Source: Planctomycetota bacterium (lineage in GTDB: Bacteria; Planctomycetota; UBA1135; UBA2386). Taken from it: 64,000 nucleotides of DNA. The stretch's first letter is position 1. Each line of letters starts with the position of its first letter. Location of the stretch: assembly GCA_046290465.1 (NCBI GenBank), contig JBKAGP010000001.1, positions 1,152,001-1,216,000 on the forward strand, given 5' to 3'. Of the stretch, positions 63,555-64,000 are shown in pieces. Made by a program: the position numbers and the translations under genes. The notes beneath the pieces are model-generated. The model ran no database searches and was not told the DNA's origin. It was given only the letters and a program-made list of their open reading frames with translations.

Positions 63555-64000
63555 ATGATGCAGTTCGCCGAGCCCGGATCGCGGCACTACCGCAGCCCGC
63601 GCGAACGCCCGGTCTGGCGCGTCGTGCTGTTCGTCGCCGCGGCCGCCGGGGTCGCCGCCGCGACGCGGCCGTGGCTCCGCGTGCGCTTCGAACGACTGTT
63701 CGGCGAGCACTTCGGTCCACCCGGGTGGCAGACGTCGGCCGGCTTCACGTGCCTGTGCACGTGCGCGCTGGTCGCCGTGATGGCGCTGGCCGAGACCCAG
63801 ACCCGCACCACGCAGCGTGCGGTGCGTCCCGCCAGCCTGCTGCTCGCCGGCGTGATGACGCTCGCCGTGCTGCTGCACGTCGCGCGCGGGCCCGGCATGC
63901 TGCGCGGCGTGTCGGCGGCCTGGACCGTCAGCGTCTACGTCGGCTGCGTCGCGAGCGTCGCGCTGCTGGCGGCGTGCGCGATGCGCTTCGCGCAGCAGCG
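63555..64000 (+). CDS. Hypothetical membrane protein (truncated by the window end)
   Basis: Read manually: MMQFAEPGSRHYRSPRERPVWRVVLFVAAAAG..., several TMs, open to the end. Confidence 0.6.
   Translation, partial: MMQFAEPGSRHYRSPRERPVWRVVLFVAAAAGVAAATRPWLRVRFERLFGEHFGPPGWQTSAGFTCLCTCALVAVMALAETQTRTTQRAVRPASLLLAGVMTLAVLLHVARGPGMLRGVSAAWTVSVYVGCVASVALLAACAMRFAQQ

Overview
High-GC (roughly 70% by eye) bacterial chromosomal segment of about 50 genes. The lineage is probably Planctomycetota-like, inferred from the ECF43/TIGR02999 sigma + Ser/Thr kinase pair, the FGE-domain kinase, DUF1579 and many exported unknowns. Content is mostly housekeeping: fadE, dcd, rpoN, lepB, infA, sahR-ahcY, korAB, a Lon-like protease, a MacAB-type ABC exporter, dnaE2, msrA and glycosyltransferases, plus three ECF-sigma modules. 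The main result is two adjacent minus-strand redox genes that the ORF track splits at an in-frame TGA lying exactly on the catalytic Cys. One is an AhpC peroxiredoxin (TFV-U-STE) followed by a perfect SECIS-like hairpin. The other is a signal-peptide-bearing TlpA/thioredoxin-like protein (W-U-GPC) with an extra helical C-terminal domain. Together they form a tandem selenoprotein pair that includes a probably exported selenoenzyme. Other observations: ahcY has apparently lost its stop codon (TAG>AAG after HYRY); a SahR-type operator palindrome; a LexA-like box in the promoter of an imuAB-less dnaE2; widespread leaderless-type starts; short duplications of gene 3' ends; and a compositionally distinct ECF43-kinase-two-unknowns cassette. 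No rRNA, tRNA, CRISPR array, integrase or transposase was recognised.
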